64,000 nt of DNA, taken from positions 31,671 through 95,670 of the forward strand of contig NZ_JARJBC010000022.1 of the NCBI RefSeq assembly GCF_029269905.1, in the 5' to 3' direction. The notes under the pieces are model-generated. The model searched no databases and had not been told where the DNA came from. It was given only the letters and a program-made list of their open reading frames with translations. The first letter of the stretch is position 1, and every line of letters starts with the position of its first letter. This document shows, piece by piece, positions 1-8,728 of this stretch. This stretch comes from Streptomyces silvisoli (lineage in GTDB: Bacteria > Actinomycetota > Actinomycetes > Streptomycetales > Streptomycetaceae). Made by a program: the position numbers and the translations under genes.

Positions 1-531
1 ACTGGCGAGCTTGCGCAGCTTCGTACGGGCGCGGGAAAGCCGGGAGCGGACGGTACCGAGCGGGATGCCGAGGGCCTCGGCGGCGTCGGCGTACTCGAAG
101 CCCTCCCACAGGCACAGGACCAGGACCTCGCGCTCGGAACGCCGCAGCGAGCCCATGGCGGTGAGCGCGGCGGCGATCCGGCGCCGGTCGTCCACCTGGC
201 CGGCCACTTCCTCGGCGTGGTCCGGCACTTCCGCCGCCGACGGCCCCGCCGCGGCGAGCGCTGTGGCCGCGGCACGGTAACGCCGGTTGCTGCGGCAGTG
301 GTTGCGAGCGAGGTTGGTGGCGATCCCCAGCAACCACGGCCGTAGCGACCCTCCTTCGGGGTCCACCTTGCCGCGCAGCCGCCATGCCTCCATGAACGTC
401 GCCGCCATGACGTCCTCCGCGACGGACCAGTCGGCAGTCAGGCGGAAGGCGTGGTTGTAGACGGTTCGGGCATAGAGATCGAATAGCTCCGCGAAGACAT
501 TCGGGTCCCCGGCCCGTACCCGGGTTCGCAT
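1..531 (-). CDS. ECF-subfamily RNA polymerase sigma-70 factor (3'-partial: C-terminus runs past window start)
   Basis: Reverse-complement translation from ATG at 531 (alt GTG 543) gives MRTRVRAGDPNVFAELFDLYARTVYNHAFRLTADWSVAEDVMAATFMEAWRL... (sigma region 2) and ...EREVLVLCLWEGFEYADAAEALGIPLGTVRSRLSRARTKLRKLA (sigma region 4 HTH). Not in the ORF track because the stop lies outside the window. Confidence 0.8.
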   Translation of the reverse strand, partial: MRTRVRAGDPNVFAELFDLYARTVYNHAFRLTADWSVAEDVMAATFMEAWRLRGKVDPEGGSLRPWLLGIATNLARNHCRSNRRYRAAATALAAAGPSAAEVPDHAEEVAGQVDDRRRIAAALTAMGSLRRSEREVLVLCLWEGFEYADAAEALGIPLGTVRSRLSRARTKLRKLAS

Positions 532-1128
532 ATCTGTGGTCACTCCTGTGGGCTGTCCGGCACCCGAGAGCGAGTTCCAGTGATGTGCGTCATACCCTCT
601 GGCGTCGCCGTACCGCAAGCGCCGCGGGGCGCGGGCGGCCCGCACTCGGCGCGCGGGAGTGCGTGAGGTTCCCTGGTGGGCGGCGAGCCGATCGACGGTC
701 ATGGCAGCGGACGTCCGCCGGTCCGCAGTCGGCGGGGCAGACGGGCGACAAAGCGCCAGCAGACCCAGTCTTGGGACGGCCCGCCGTTGCAGTGGCCAGG
801 CTCCGCCGCCACAACGGCGTTCAGTTCGCGATGACTTGGACCGGTGGCGCCGAACCGGCGGCACACCGGCATCTCATATTGCAGAAGCGAAAAGTCTCTC
901 AGCCATACCGGATAGCCCACCGCTCAAGACAACTTGCCAGTGCCGAGGAGAAACACTACGCCAACCCGGCAACGGCCGAATCAGTGAACCTGAAACCCCG
1001 TCACCCTGTCCTGACCAGCTGATCAGCAGAAATCGCACGGCGCGGGAACCTCAACCCTGTGGGGTTGGCGCAACCTGGTGAAGCACACTGGCTCGGGAAC
1101 CAATTACGGACGACGAGGGAGCCTGGTC

Positions 1129-2943
1129 ATGGCCGATGTCGACGTACTCGTGGTGGGCGCGGGCCCGGTGGGCCTGACCGCGGCGGCCGAGCTGCGGCGG
1201 CACGGCGTGGACTGCCGCATCGTCGACCGGCTGGCCGTCCCGCAACCTTATGCCAAGGCCATCGGCGTCCTGCCCCGCACGCTGGAGGTGTGGGACGCCA
1301 TGGGCCTGGTCCACGGGGCGCTGGACGTCGCGGTGCCGCACCTGGGCCAGCTGGTCTTCATCGACGGCAAGCCGGCCCCCCGGGTCGAGCTGACTCTGCC
1401 GCCCGACATCCCCTACCCCTTCGCCACACTGCCCCAGTACGCGACCGAGCGGCTGCTGGCCGAGCATCTTGCGCGCTTCGGCACGGAGGTGGAGCGGCCG
1501 ACCGAGCTCCGCTCGGTGGAGATGCACCCGGACGAGGTCGAGGCCGTCCTCGCGCACGCCGACGGCCGGATCGAGCGTCTGCGCGCCCGCTACGTCGTGG
1601 GCTGCGATGGCGCGCACAGCCTGGTACGCAAGGCGGCCGGGCTGACCTTCGAGGGTGATGCCTTCCCCGAGCAGTACATGATCGGCGACGTCGAGGTCGA
1701 CTGGGAACTGCCCGCCGGCTACAGCATGCGGGCCGTGAACCTGGACGCGAACGGTGAGATGGACGACATGGTCGTCTGCATTCCGATGCCGGGCGTTCGG
1801 CGGTACTGGCTGTCGATGCTGCGCCCCTCCGCCCAAGCGGGGAGCGAAGACGGTTCGAGCGCGCCGGACGGGATGGGGGACGGCCACGGACCGGACCTCG
1901 GCCAGATCCAGGCCGTGCTCGACCGGCTGTCCCCGCAGCCGACGACCGCCTCCACGCTGCGCTGGTCGTCCGCCTTCCGGATCAGCCACCGCCTGGTGGA
2001 CCGCTACCGGAACGGCCGCCTCTTCGTCGCCGGGGACGCCGCGCACATCCACCCGCCGATCGGCGGGCAGGGTCTGAACACCGGCGTGCAGGACGCCTAC
2101 AACCTCGCCTGGAAGCTGGCCCTGGCCGTACGCGGTCTGGCCACGGACGACGTGCTGGAGAGCTATCACGCCGAACGCCACCCGGTCGCGCAGGAGGTGG
2201 TCAACCGCACCGTCCGCCATGCTCATACCGTCCGCCATGCCCGTACCGCCCGCCATGCCCGCTCCGGCCTCGGCAACAACGGGGACGACGCCGAGATGAT
2301 GCTGCGGCGCCAGGCCCAGCTGCTGGTCGCCTACCCGGACAGCCCGTTGATCCAGCCGCAGGCGGCGGACGGCACACCCGCGGCCGGTCCCGCCCCCGGC
2401 GACCGGGCACCGGACTGCCGCGGCCTGGTGAGCGACCTCGCCGCCTACCCGCGGCGGCTGTTCGACCTGCTGCGCACCCCGCGGCACGTGCTGCTGCTGT
2501 TCGCGGGCCCGGAGCACGCCTCGGGCGACGGCGCCGCCCGGCTTGAGGCCTGCGCCGCCGAGGCGCATCGCGCCGCCCATGGCCTGCTCGACGCCTATCT
2601 GGTCACCGCCGCAGAGGTGCCAGAGGACGCCCGCCCGGTCGGCCTGCGCCCGCCGCGGGTGCGCGACGCGGCGGGCGAGTTCCGCGACGCCTATGCGCCG
2701 CGTGACGGCGAGGCCCTCCTGATCCGCCCGGACGGCTACCTCTCCGGACGCTTCCACCCGGCCGTACCGGAACACCTGACGGCGCATCTGCGCCGAACCT
2801 TCGTCACTCCCTCGGGCGGGCGTGGGGGCGGTTGGTATGACGTCGCTGGAGCGGACGGCGGATCCGAGGTTCAACAGGCTTGTCCCGGAACGGGAGTTGC
2901 GGGAGTTCTCGCCGTAGGCGGAGGAGATGGCACGGGCACGTGA
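1129..2943 (+). CDS. FAD-dependent aromatic-ring monooxygenase (class A flavoprotein hydroxylase, PheA/TfdB-like)
   Basis: ADVDVLVVGAGPVGLTAAAEL Rossmann GxGxxG; GRLFVAGDAAHIHPPIGGQGLNTGVQDAYNLAWKLA FAD-binding fingerprint. SD-like gacgaggga before ATG 1129 (Met18 of ORF 1078..2943). Confidence 0.8.
   Translation: MADVDVLVVGAGPVGLTAAAELRRHGVDCRIVDRLAVPQPYAKAIGVLPRTLEVWDAMGLVHGALDVAVPHLGQLVFIDGKPAPRVELTLPPDIPYPFATLPQYATERLLAEHLARFGTEVERPTELRSVEMHPDEVEAVLAHADGRIERLRARYVVGCDGAHSLVRKAAGLTFEGDAFPEQYMIGDVEVDWELPAGYSMRAVNLDANGEMDDMVVCIPMPGVRRYWLSMLRPSAQAGSEDGSSAPDGMGDGHGPDLGQIQAVLDRLSPQPTTASTLRWSSAFRISHRLVDRYRNGRLFVAGDAAHIHPPIGGQGLNTGVQDAYNLAWKLALAVRGLATDDVLESYHAERHPVAQEVVNRTVRHAHTVRHARTARHARSGLGNNGDDAEMMLRRQAQLLVAYPDSPLIQPQAADGTPAAGPAPGDRAPDCRGLVSDLAAYPRRLFDLLRTPRHVLLLFAGPEHASGDGAARLEACAAEAHRAAHGLLDAYLVTAAEVPEDARPVGLRPPRVRDAAGEFRDAYAPRDGEALLIRPDGYLSGRFHPAVPEHLTAHLRRTFVTPSGGRGGGWYDVAGADGGSEVQQACPGTGVAGVLAVGGGDGTGT
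2210..2263 (+). repeat. In-frame imperfect 18-bp tandem repeat x3 inside the monooxygenase gene (encodes VRHAHT-VRHART-ARHARS)
   Basis: Units cgtccgccatgctcatac / cgtccgccatgcccgtac / cgcccgccatgcccgctc seen directly at about 2214-2267. Confidence 0.5.
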
Positions 2944-3146
2944 GCGCATGTATGCCCACCCGTGCCGGGTCTCTGCGCTGTTGGTGATGCTGAAGTCCGC
3001 CGCACGGCTGGGTCGTGCCCCTAAGCCTGAATCCACCGGGCAACAGCCGGTCCAGGGCTTGGGCATGAAGAAGCGGGTGCCCTCTGAGCTGGGACGATGG
3101 GACTTCCTACGGTTCCACATCCACAGAGCGAGAGAACACCCGCGAG

Positions 3147-3600
3147 ATGCAATCCTCCCATGCCGCTTCGGTGGTGTCCGCCGCGTTTGATGACACGAAC
3201 CTGATCGCGCATGCCGGGCTGGTTCCGGTGATGCGGCGGGCCGAGCGGTGCGGTCTGTCCCGGCTGGTGGCGGAGAATGTGAGCTGGCCGGGGCAAGGAA
3301 CGGTGCGGGTGCCGCGGCAGGCGCCAAGGTCACCAGCATCGTGGGCGGCATGGCCGCAGGCGCGGACAGCATCGACGGCCTCGACGTGCTACGGCATGGC
3401 GCGATGCCGACCCTGTTCGACGGGGTCCGTGCTCCGTCCACGCTCGGCACGTTCCTGCGCGCCTTCACTCACGGTCACGCGCTCCAACTCCACGCCGTGC
3501 ACCGGCGGTTCCTGTGCGCGCTAGCCGCGCACACCCCCCTACTGCCCGGCTCCGGCCAGAGGGCGTTCATCGACGTCGACTCCACCCACAAACGTGTCCT
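3147..3600 (+). pseudogene. IS1380-family transposase, N-terminal fragment with an internal frameshift and truncated after about 150 aa
   Basis: Frame 1 (3147..) MQSSHAASVVSAAFDDTNLIAHAGLVPVMRRAERCGLSRLVAENVSWPG. Frame 2 (3248..) ...KVTSIVGGMAAGADSIDGLDVLRHGAMPTLFDGVRAPSTLGTFLRAFTHGHALQLHAVHRRFL...QRAFIDVDSTHKRV. Similarity stops near 3600, about 25 bp from the gvpK stop. No DDE core and no inverted repeats found. Confidence 0.6.
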
Positions 3601-3625
3601 CGCCAGGCGCATCCCTGCGCCGAGG

Positions 3626-3976
3626 TCATTCAGCATCGCGATCCCAGGGCAGAAGGGGGCCCAGGGGGCCGAGATCGATGTTCAAGTCCTCCGGTTTCAG
3701 ACCGAAGTGCTCGCGCAGTTCGGTCATCTGTTCCTCCAGTGCCATCAGGGTCAGGCCGAGCTCTTCGATCTGTTGGTCGGTGAGGTCTCCCTGTTCCATG
3801 CGGCGTAGCGCCTGACGCTCCATCAGTTGACGTAGTAGCTCGATGATTGTCAGGACCAGGCCCGCCAGGCTGCGCTCGGCCGACTCGCGGTCCATGACGA
3901 CACGTCGACGCACTCCTGGCTCGCGGTCGTCGTCGGTGCGCCCGCTGAGCTCGGTTCGTTCACGCAGCGATGGCAT
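3626..3976 (-). CDS. gvpK: Gas vesicle protein GvpK
   Basis: LAGLVLTIIELLRQLMERQALRRMEQGDLTDQQIEELGLTLMALEEQMTELREHFGLKPEDLNIDLGPLGPLL is the GvpK signature. Start chosen at ATG 3976 (AGGAAA 8-13 nt upstream). Alternative starts are 3895 or 4168. Last gene of the operon. Confidence 0.7.
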   Translation of the reverse strand: MPSLRERTELSGRTDDDREPGVRRRVVMDRESAERSLAGLVLTIIELLRQLMERQALRRMEQGDLTDQQIEELGLTLMALEEQMTELREHFGLKPEDLNIDLGPLGPLLPWDRDAE

Positions 3977-4041
3977 GTCCCGGATTTCCTGACCGCCGGT
4001 GGCTGCCTGCGCTCGCGGTGGCTCGTCTTCGCAAGGGCCGG

Positions 4042-4299
4042 TCACCAGAAGTTGCCTTCCGGGGTTTCGTCGGGGTGTTGTCCGGCGGTGTCGGGATTGG
4101 ATGCGGCGCGTATGGAAGCCACGAGGGCACGCAGGGAGATACGGACGAGGTCGACGTCGGCGATGCACAGGGTGATCTCTCCGGCGACGACGACACCCCC
4201 GGCCAGGACTCGATCAAGGAGGTCGACCAGTGCGACTTGCCGGCCTTGCAGCCCCAGCGGTGTTGAAGAGGGCAGGTGCTCGCCGCGGGGGGTGCTCAC
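4042..4299 (-). CDS. gvpS: Gas vesicle protein GvpS (GvpA/J-family small protein)
   Basis: C-terminal 65 aa of ORF 4042..4704: ALVDLLDRVLAGGVVVAGEITLCIADVDLVRISLRALVASI is a GvpA-family fold. Proposed GTG start at 4299 forms a GTGA overlap with the gvpL stop. Confidence 0.65.
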   Translation of the reverse strand: MSTPRGEHLPSSTPLGLQGRQVALVDLLDRVLAGGVVVAGEITLCIADVDLVRISLRALVASIRAASNPDTAGQHPDETPEGNFW

Positions 4300-5081
4300 T
4301 GCTCCCCTCCCTCCTCGTCGCCGGTGAAGGAATAGGCCGGCCAGGGCCCGCTGAGTTCTAGTCGTACCTCGGGAAATCGGGCCTCGCAGGAGTGCACGAG
4401 GTCTGCGAACTCCTGTGCGCGGGGGTCTTCGACCAAGTAGGAGTCGTTGAGGATCATCCACCCCTGGTAGCCGGCGAGCCGGGCGTCCTGCGGCGGGTGT
4501 CGCACGCAGCGGCTGGCCACCTCGTTCAAAGTCGCTCGTATCTCCTCCGCTCGCTCCAGCGCGTGGCGCTGTGCGTCCTGCCGCCCCTGGCGCTGCGCCT
4601 TGCGACGTAGGAGGTAGGCGGTTCCGGGGTTGTCCTGGGCGGCCCCGGCTTCGCCGGGGGTTTCGGGAAGTGCTTCCGGGTCGACATACGCCTTGACGCC
4701 CCATTCCGTGCGCCCGGCAACGCGTTCAAGTGCCGATCTGAAGTCGGCGTCGCGTTCCTTCAGGACGGCTCTGACGGCGGCTTCATCGTTGTAGATCGTG
4801 GCGAACCGCAGTGGAACCACGTCCCCGGTGCTGCCCACCGCGTCGATGACCTCGTGGTGTGCGCGGGCGGCGTTCTCCAGCCAGGTCAGATCCTCCAGGT
4901 GGTTGCGCAGGGGCTCCTCCGCGAAGTCGCTCAACGGGACGGATCCTGCGACGGCCGAGATGTCCTCGTCGCCCCTGATGACGCGCACCGACTCGCCCGC
5001 GACGCCGGTCAAAGCGGCGGTCTCGGGGCTGTGCGTCGCCGGGACTACGGCGTACAGCCACACAGCGCGGTCGTCGGTCAT
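4296..5081 (-). CDS. gvpL: Gas vesicle protein GvpL (GvpF/L family)
   Basis: LYAVVPATH...VAGESVRVIRGDEDISAVAGSVPLSDFAEEPLRNHLEDLTWLENAARAHHEVIDAVGSTGDVVPLRFATIY is the GvpF/L N-domain. Its ATG overlaps the gvpJ stop (ATGA). Confidence 0.8.
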   Translation of the reverse strand: MTDDRAVWLYAVVPATHSPETAALTGVAGESVRVIRGDEDISAVAGSVPLSDFAEEPLRNHLEDLTWLENAARAHHEVIDAVGSTGDVVPLRFATIYNDEAAVRAVLKERDADFRSALERVAGRTEWGVKAYVDPEALPETPGEAGAAQDNPGTAYLLRRKAQRQGRQDAQRHALERAEEIRATLNEVASRCVRHPPQDARLAGYQGWMILNDSYLVEDPRAQEFADLVHSCEARFPEVRLELSGPWPAYSFTGDEEGGEQ

Positions 5082-5536
5082 GGTGACGCGTCTCCCCTCT
5101 GCTCAGACGTTCCCTCGTTCTGCGAGCGCGACTGCCGCTGCGGCGGGCCTGCACTGCCTTGCCGGTCGTCCGGATCACCTGGCTCGACCGCGTCGTCGGT
5201 GTGAGCGTCCCGCCCGGCCTGGAGCTCACCGATGCGCTGGCGCAGGCGTCGGTTCTCCTCCAGCACATCGCGCTTGCCGGAAGACAGCGAGGGATCGTGT
5301 TCCCACCAGTCGATGCCCATCTCGCGCGCCCGGTCCACGGAAGCCACGATCAGCCGGATCTTGATCGTCAGGAGTTCGATATCGAGGAGGTTGATGCGGA
5401 TGTCTCCGGCGATGACGATGCCCTTGTCGAGGACACGCTCAAGGATGTCGGCCAGATTCGCCGGCTGGGGGCGAGCCACCTCACGCGAGGGACCGACGTT
5501 TCGGCTGGCTCCGCTCCATACCGGCTGCTGGCTCAT
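5078..5536 (-). CDS. gvpJ: Gas vesicle protein GvpJ (GvpA family)
   Basis: LADILERVLDKGIVIAGDIRINLLDIELLTIKIRLIVASVDRAREMG is the canonical GvpA/J core. Confidence 0.85.
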   Translation of the reverse strand: MSQQPVWSGASRNVGPSREVARPQPANLADILERVLDKGIVIAGDIRINLLDIELLTIKIRLIVASVDRAREMGIDWWEHDPSLSSGKRDVLEENRRLRQRIGELQAGRDAHTDDAVEPGDPDDRQGSAGPPQRQSRSQNEGTSEQRGDASP

Positions 5537-5542
5537 GCGTCA

Positions 5543-6028
5543 CTACTCCTCTGCTCGGCCCCGGTAGTGGCGCTCGCCCCGGCGGTACGAGACGAGCCCG
5601 CCGTCGTCGTCCACTTCGACGCGGTACACCGCGAGGATGTCCGTCGAGTCCGGTATCCGATGGGTCTCCACCACCTCGACGCCGACGCGCCATCCGTTGT
5701 CTGTACGCTCCAGTGATGTCACGGCCTCGGGCTGCCGCCCGGTCAGGCTTGCCACATGGCCAGCCGCGTACTGTGCGGCCTTCCGGGCGGTTACCGTCGG
5801 TCGGTGACGGCCGGCCTTCTCGTCCTGGTCCTGACGTTCGTTCTCGTCCTGGCCGGTGATCTCCGACCTACCTTGTCGTGTCTTCCGCTCAGCCTCTTCC
5901 GGCTCTTCCGGCTCTTCCGGGCGACGCTGCGGCTGACGCTTGCGTGCGGGTGCACGGGGCACGTCCGCCTCCCTGCTCCGGCGCCGCCGCGGAGATTCGC
6001 CAGCGCTTCCGCGGCCGGCCCTGGGCAC
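5543..6028 (-). CDS. gvpO: GvpO-like gas vesicle protein (basic and acidic low-complexity N-terminal region plus GvpO C-domain)
   Basis: C-terminus VTSLERTDNGWRVGVEVVETHRIPDSTDILAVYRVEVDDDGGLVSYRRGERHYRGRAEE matches the GvpO family pattern (GW.V.VEV.E..RIP...D.LA.Y.V..D..G.LV.Y.R..R.YRG). The N-terminal PEEPEEPEE is coded by a 9-bp tandem repeat. Confidence 0.6.
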   Translation of the reverse strand: MPRAGRGSAGESPRRRRSREADVPRAPARKRQPQRRPEEPEEPEEAERKTRQGRSEITGQDENERQDQDEKAGRHRPTVTARKAAQYAAGHVASLTGRQPEAVTSLERTDNGWRVGVEVVETHRIPDSTDILAVYRVEVDDDGGLVSYRRGERHYRGRAEE

Positions 6029-6031
6029 GGC

Positions 6032-6283
6032 TCAGACCTCCAGGCCGCCGAGCGGAGGGCCAGAAGCCAGTAGACGGCGGACGAGGTCCTCCTGTATTTC
6101 AGCGGCCTCCTCTTCGGCGATTTCCCCAGCCTCCCGTGCCCGCTCGACCTCGGCCAGACGCCGACGCAGTACGGTCGGGTCCTCGGTCTGCCGAAGCGCT
6201 TCGTCGCGCACCTGCTCGGCGACCCAGATCACGCCGCGGACCGGGGCGAGCGGCAGGGTGAGCAACCCGGTGAACAACCCCAT
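6032..6283 (-). CDS. gvpG: Gas vesicle protein GvpG
   Basis: MGLFTGLLTLPLAPVRGVIWVAEQVRDEA... is the conserved GvpG N-terminus. Confidence 0.8.
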   Translation of the reverse strand: MGLFTGLLTLPLAPVRGVIWVAEQVRDEALRQTEDPTVLRRRLAEVERAREAGEIAEEEAAEIQEDLVRRLLASGPPLGGLEV

Positions 6284-6285
6284 GA

Positions 6286-7089
6286 CTAGCCTTCCTCCTC
6301 GCGGTCACCCATCGCGTCCGCCACGAAGTCGTACGGCGCCAGCGGCCCGAGCAGTTGGAGCCGGACCCGGCCGTGCCAATGGCGGGCCAGGTCCTCCGCC
6401 GCCCGCTCGAAAGTGTTCCGGCGCCTGTCCTCGACGAGGAAGGAGGCATCGACTAGTCCGGCCTCCGAGGAAGGCTCCGAGGTGGCCGTCGCGGCCGCCA
6501 AGGGAGCCAGTCGCTGGTGTATCTCGGCCGAGTCCGCGTCGCGTTTGGCGGCGATGGCTTCCGCTACGAGTTGGCCCAACTCAATCCGCTCGTAGTAGGC
6601 CGCCTCGTCGGACACCTTGTTCAGCCGCTCCCGCAGTTCTCTGATCTCCGGTCTCTCGTCCAGCACCTCCCACAGCACCGCGTCCTGGTCGTACTGTGCC
6701 TTCAGCGTGAACTGGGCATGCCCCTTCATCCGCTCCAGAGCTACGACGAAGGCGTCATGGCCCCCGGTGAGGACTTCACTGGCGACCGACTGCGCATCCT
6801 TCAGCACCGTGCCGAAACGGAACGGGAGCACCGGCGCTCCCTTGGCGGCCAACGCGTTCAGCACCCCCGCATGGGCTTGCAGGTCCTCGGGCGAACCAAG
6901 CGGCCGGTCGGTGGCCACATCGCTCACCACAGCGGCGATGTCGCGATGTCGGACGAGCGTCACAGAAACCTCCGGATCGCCCACCGCACGAAGGTCGTCG
7001 AGCCCGGTGAACGTATCGGACTCCGGCACCACACCGTAGACGTAGCACCCCATAGCATCCCCTGCGCCCTGCGCGGACTCGGTCATCAC
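6286..7089 (-). CDS. gvpF: Gas vesicle protein GvpF
   Basis: [11 protein letters not shown]...[47 protein letters not shown] is the GvpF/L family. Its start overlaps the gvpA stop. Confidence 0.8.
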   Translation of the reverse strand: MMTESAQGAGDAMGCYVYGVVPESDTFTGLDDLRAVGDPEVSVTLVRHRDIAAVVSDVATDRPLGSPEDLQAHAGVLNALAAKGAPVLPFRFGTVLKDAQSVASEVLTGGHDAFVVALERMKGHAQFTLKAQYDQDAVLWEVLDERPEIRELRERLNKVSDEAAYYERIELGQLVAEAIAAKRDADSAEIHQRLAPLAAATATSEPSSEAGLVDASFLVEDRRRNTFERAAEDLARHWHGRVRLQLLGPLAPYDFVADAMGDREEEG

Positions 7090-7562
7090 CGCTCCCTGTC
7101 CTTACGACTCGCGGGCCGGGCCCGGCCACGGGGCCGCTCCTCGGGCTCCAATTCGCGCTCGTCCTGTTCCTCGTCCTCCTCTTGCTCTTGCTCTTCGTCC
7201 TCGCCGCGACCGAGCACGTTGCCCACAGTGTCCTTGACGCCTTCCAGGGCGCCCTTCGTCTTGTGCTTGGCGCCTCCCTCGCGAATCTCCTCCATCATTC
7301 CCGGCAGGCCACGCGTCTCGGTCCCGCTGCGAGCGAGGTCGAGACGGTTGACCGCCTCAGCAAAACGCAGGTACGTGTCAACGCTGGCTACGACGATGCG
7401 TGCGTCGATCGTGAGGAGTTCAATGCCCACCAGGGAGACGCGGACGTAGACATCGATCACCAAGCCTTTGTCGAGGATCAAGTCGACCACTTCGACCAGA
7501 CCGCCCCCCGACGGCCTGTCCAGGTACTGCCCTTGTCGGCTTGCTACGGTCATCGGGGTCAC
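7086..7562 (-). CDS. gvpA: Gas vesicle structural protein GvpA with a long acidic C-terminal tail
   Basis: [54 protein letters not shown] is the GvpA core, followed by the tail ...[35 protein letters not shown] overlap with the upstream SRPBCC gene. Confidence 0.85.
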   Translation of the reverse strand: MTPMTVASRQGQYLDRPSGGGLVEVVDLILDKGLVIDVYVRVSLVGIELLTIDARIVVASVDTYLRFAEAVNRLDLARSGTETRGLPGMMEEIREGGAKHKTKGALEGVKDTVGNVLGRGEDEEQEQEEDEEQDERELEPEERPRGRARPASRKDRER

Positions 7563-8722
7563 CGGGCCCTCTCTGTGGACCGCCGATGCGGACGTCGTGC
7601 CCGCTCGTCGTGCTCGTCCTCGTGCTCGTCCTCGTGCTCGTCCTCGTGCTCGTCCTTGTCCTCCTCCTGGTCCTCGTCCTCGTCCTCCTCCTCGTCCCCC
7701 TCCTCGTCCTCGTCGGGCGCTTCGTCGCCCTCGACGTCCTCTTCCTCAACCTCCTCGTCCTCGTCCTCCTCCTCGCGCCCCTTCACGGATTCCTCCTCGG
7801 CCGAGGCTCCGTGGCGGCCTTCATCGGATCCCTTGTCGCCGCCGCCCTCCTGGCCTTCTTCCTCCTCCCGAACCTCCTCGTCAGTGCGGACGACCTCTCC
7901 GTCGAGTACCTCGCCCCGCCATCCGTGAATGTCGTCGGGATTCAAGGTCGCCTCGGTCATGACGTGGCGCTGGAAATGCTTGAGTTCCAGTCGTGCCCGC
8001 CGCCCCTGGGCCCGCCAGAGGTTTCCGGTCCGCTCGAACATGCCTTGGGGGTGGTACTGAAGGACCAAAATGATCTTGGTCAGGTCAGGCGTCACCTCAT
8101 GGAAGGTGACCGCTCCGTCTACGTGCCCCTTCTCCGCCTTCGACTGCCAGATGATGCGCTCATCCGGCATCTGCTCGATGACCTTGGAACGCCACTTGCG
8201 GTGCGAGAGGAAGATCTGCGCCTTCCAGTCGAGCTCGGTTTCGGACTCCTGCTCAACGCTCTCCACCTTCTTCATGAAGCTGGGGAAGTCCTCGAACTGC
8301 GTCCACTGGTTGTAGGCCAACGAGACCGGAACACCCACATCGATGCTTTCGACGATGTTGGTGACCTTGATCTTCTTTCCCTTGTCTCCGCCGTCCCTGC
8401 CGCCCCCACCGCCGACAGCTTCCTTCACCTTCTCCTTCGCCTGGGTCAGCCCGGCACCCAGCAAGGAGGTCACCATGGACTTTCCTTCGGCCAGGCTTCG
8501 TCCACCAGTGAGCAGGGCCGTCAGCCCGGGACCACCACCGTTTTCGGCGTATTCGGTGAGCTTCTCGGTCGCATCCCCGACCTTGCCCGCGACCCGGGTC
8601 AGTGCCCGCTCCCCCAGAGCAGTGGCCAGATTCCGGGCTTCTTCAAGAAGGCGGTCGGTGGGCAGCTCTTCCACCAAGGCACCGACTCCGCCCGTCGTCC
8701 GGCGGCCTGATCGCTCAGCCAT
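7559..8722 (-). CDS. SRPBCC (polyketide cyclase/START-like) domain protein with an extremely acidic His/Glu/Asp C-terminal tail; first-but-one gene of the gvp operon
   Basis: Central [107 protein letters not shown] is an SRPBCC-type fold. The tail is ...[57 protein letters not shown]. The family assignment is from pattern recognition only. Confidence 0.6.
   Translation of the reverse strand: MAERSGRRTTGGVGALVEELPTDRLLEEARNLATALGERALTRVAGKVGDATEKLTEYAENGGGPGLTALLTGGRSLAEGKSMVTSLLGAGLTQAKEKVKEAVGGGGGRDGGDKGKKIKVTNIVESIDVGVPVSLAYNQWTQFEDFPSFMKKVESVEQESETELDWKAQIFLSHRKWRSKVIEQMPDERIIWQSKAEKGHVDGAVTFHEVTPDLTKIILVLQYHPQGMFERTGNLWRAQGRRARLELKHFQRHVMTEATLNPDDIHGWRGEVLDGEVVRTDEEVREEEEGQEGGGDKGSDEGRHGASAEEESVKGREEEDEDEEVEEEDVEGDEAPDEDEEGDEEEDEDEDQEEDKDEHEDEHEDEHEDEHDERARRPHRRSTERAR
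7613..7668. repeat. 12-bp tandem repeat (ctcgtgctcgtc) about 4.5 copies, coding (HEDE)n in the SRPBCC gene tail
   Basis: Seen directly: gtgctcgtcctcgtgctcgtcctcgtgctcgtcctcgtgctcgtcc. Microsatellite-like and likely length-polymorphic. Confidence 0.6.
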
Positions 8723-8728
8723 ATGTCA

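Noticed and set aside
1051-3468. 805-aa minus-strand ORF
   Set aside because: Antisense to the FAD monooxygenase. The product is Ala/Arg/Gly/Pro low-complexity with no motifs. Typical high-GC shadow ORF.
7613-7668. CRISPR-like regular repeats
   Set aside because: The 12-bp units are contiguous with no spacers and lie in frame within a coding tail. A microsatellite, not a CRISPR array.
7468-8710. Plus-strand ORFs 7468..7962 and 7541..8710 (PRPR repeats and VLVLVL repeats)
   Set aside because: Antisense readings of the acidic-tail repeats of gvpA and the SRPBCC gene. The compositional artefact mirrors the GAG/GAC repeats.
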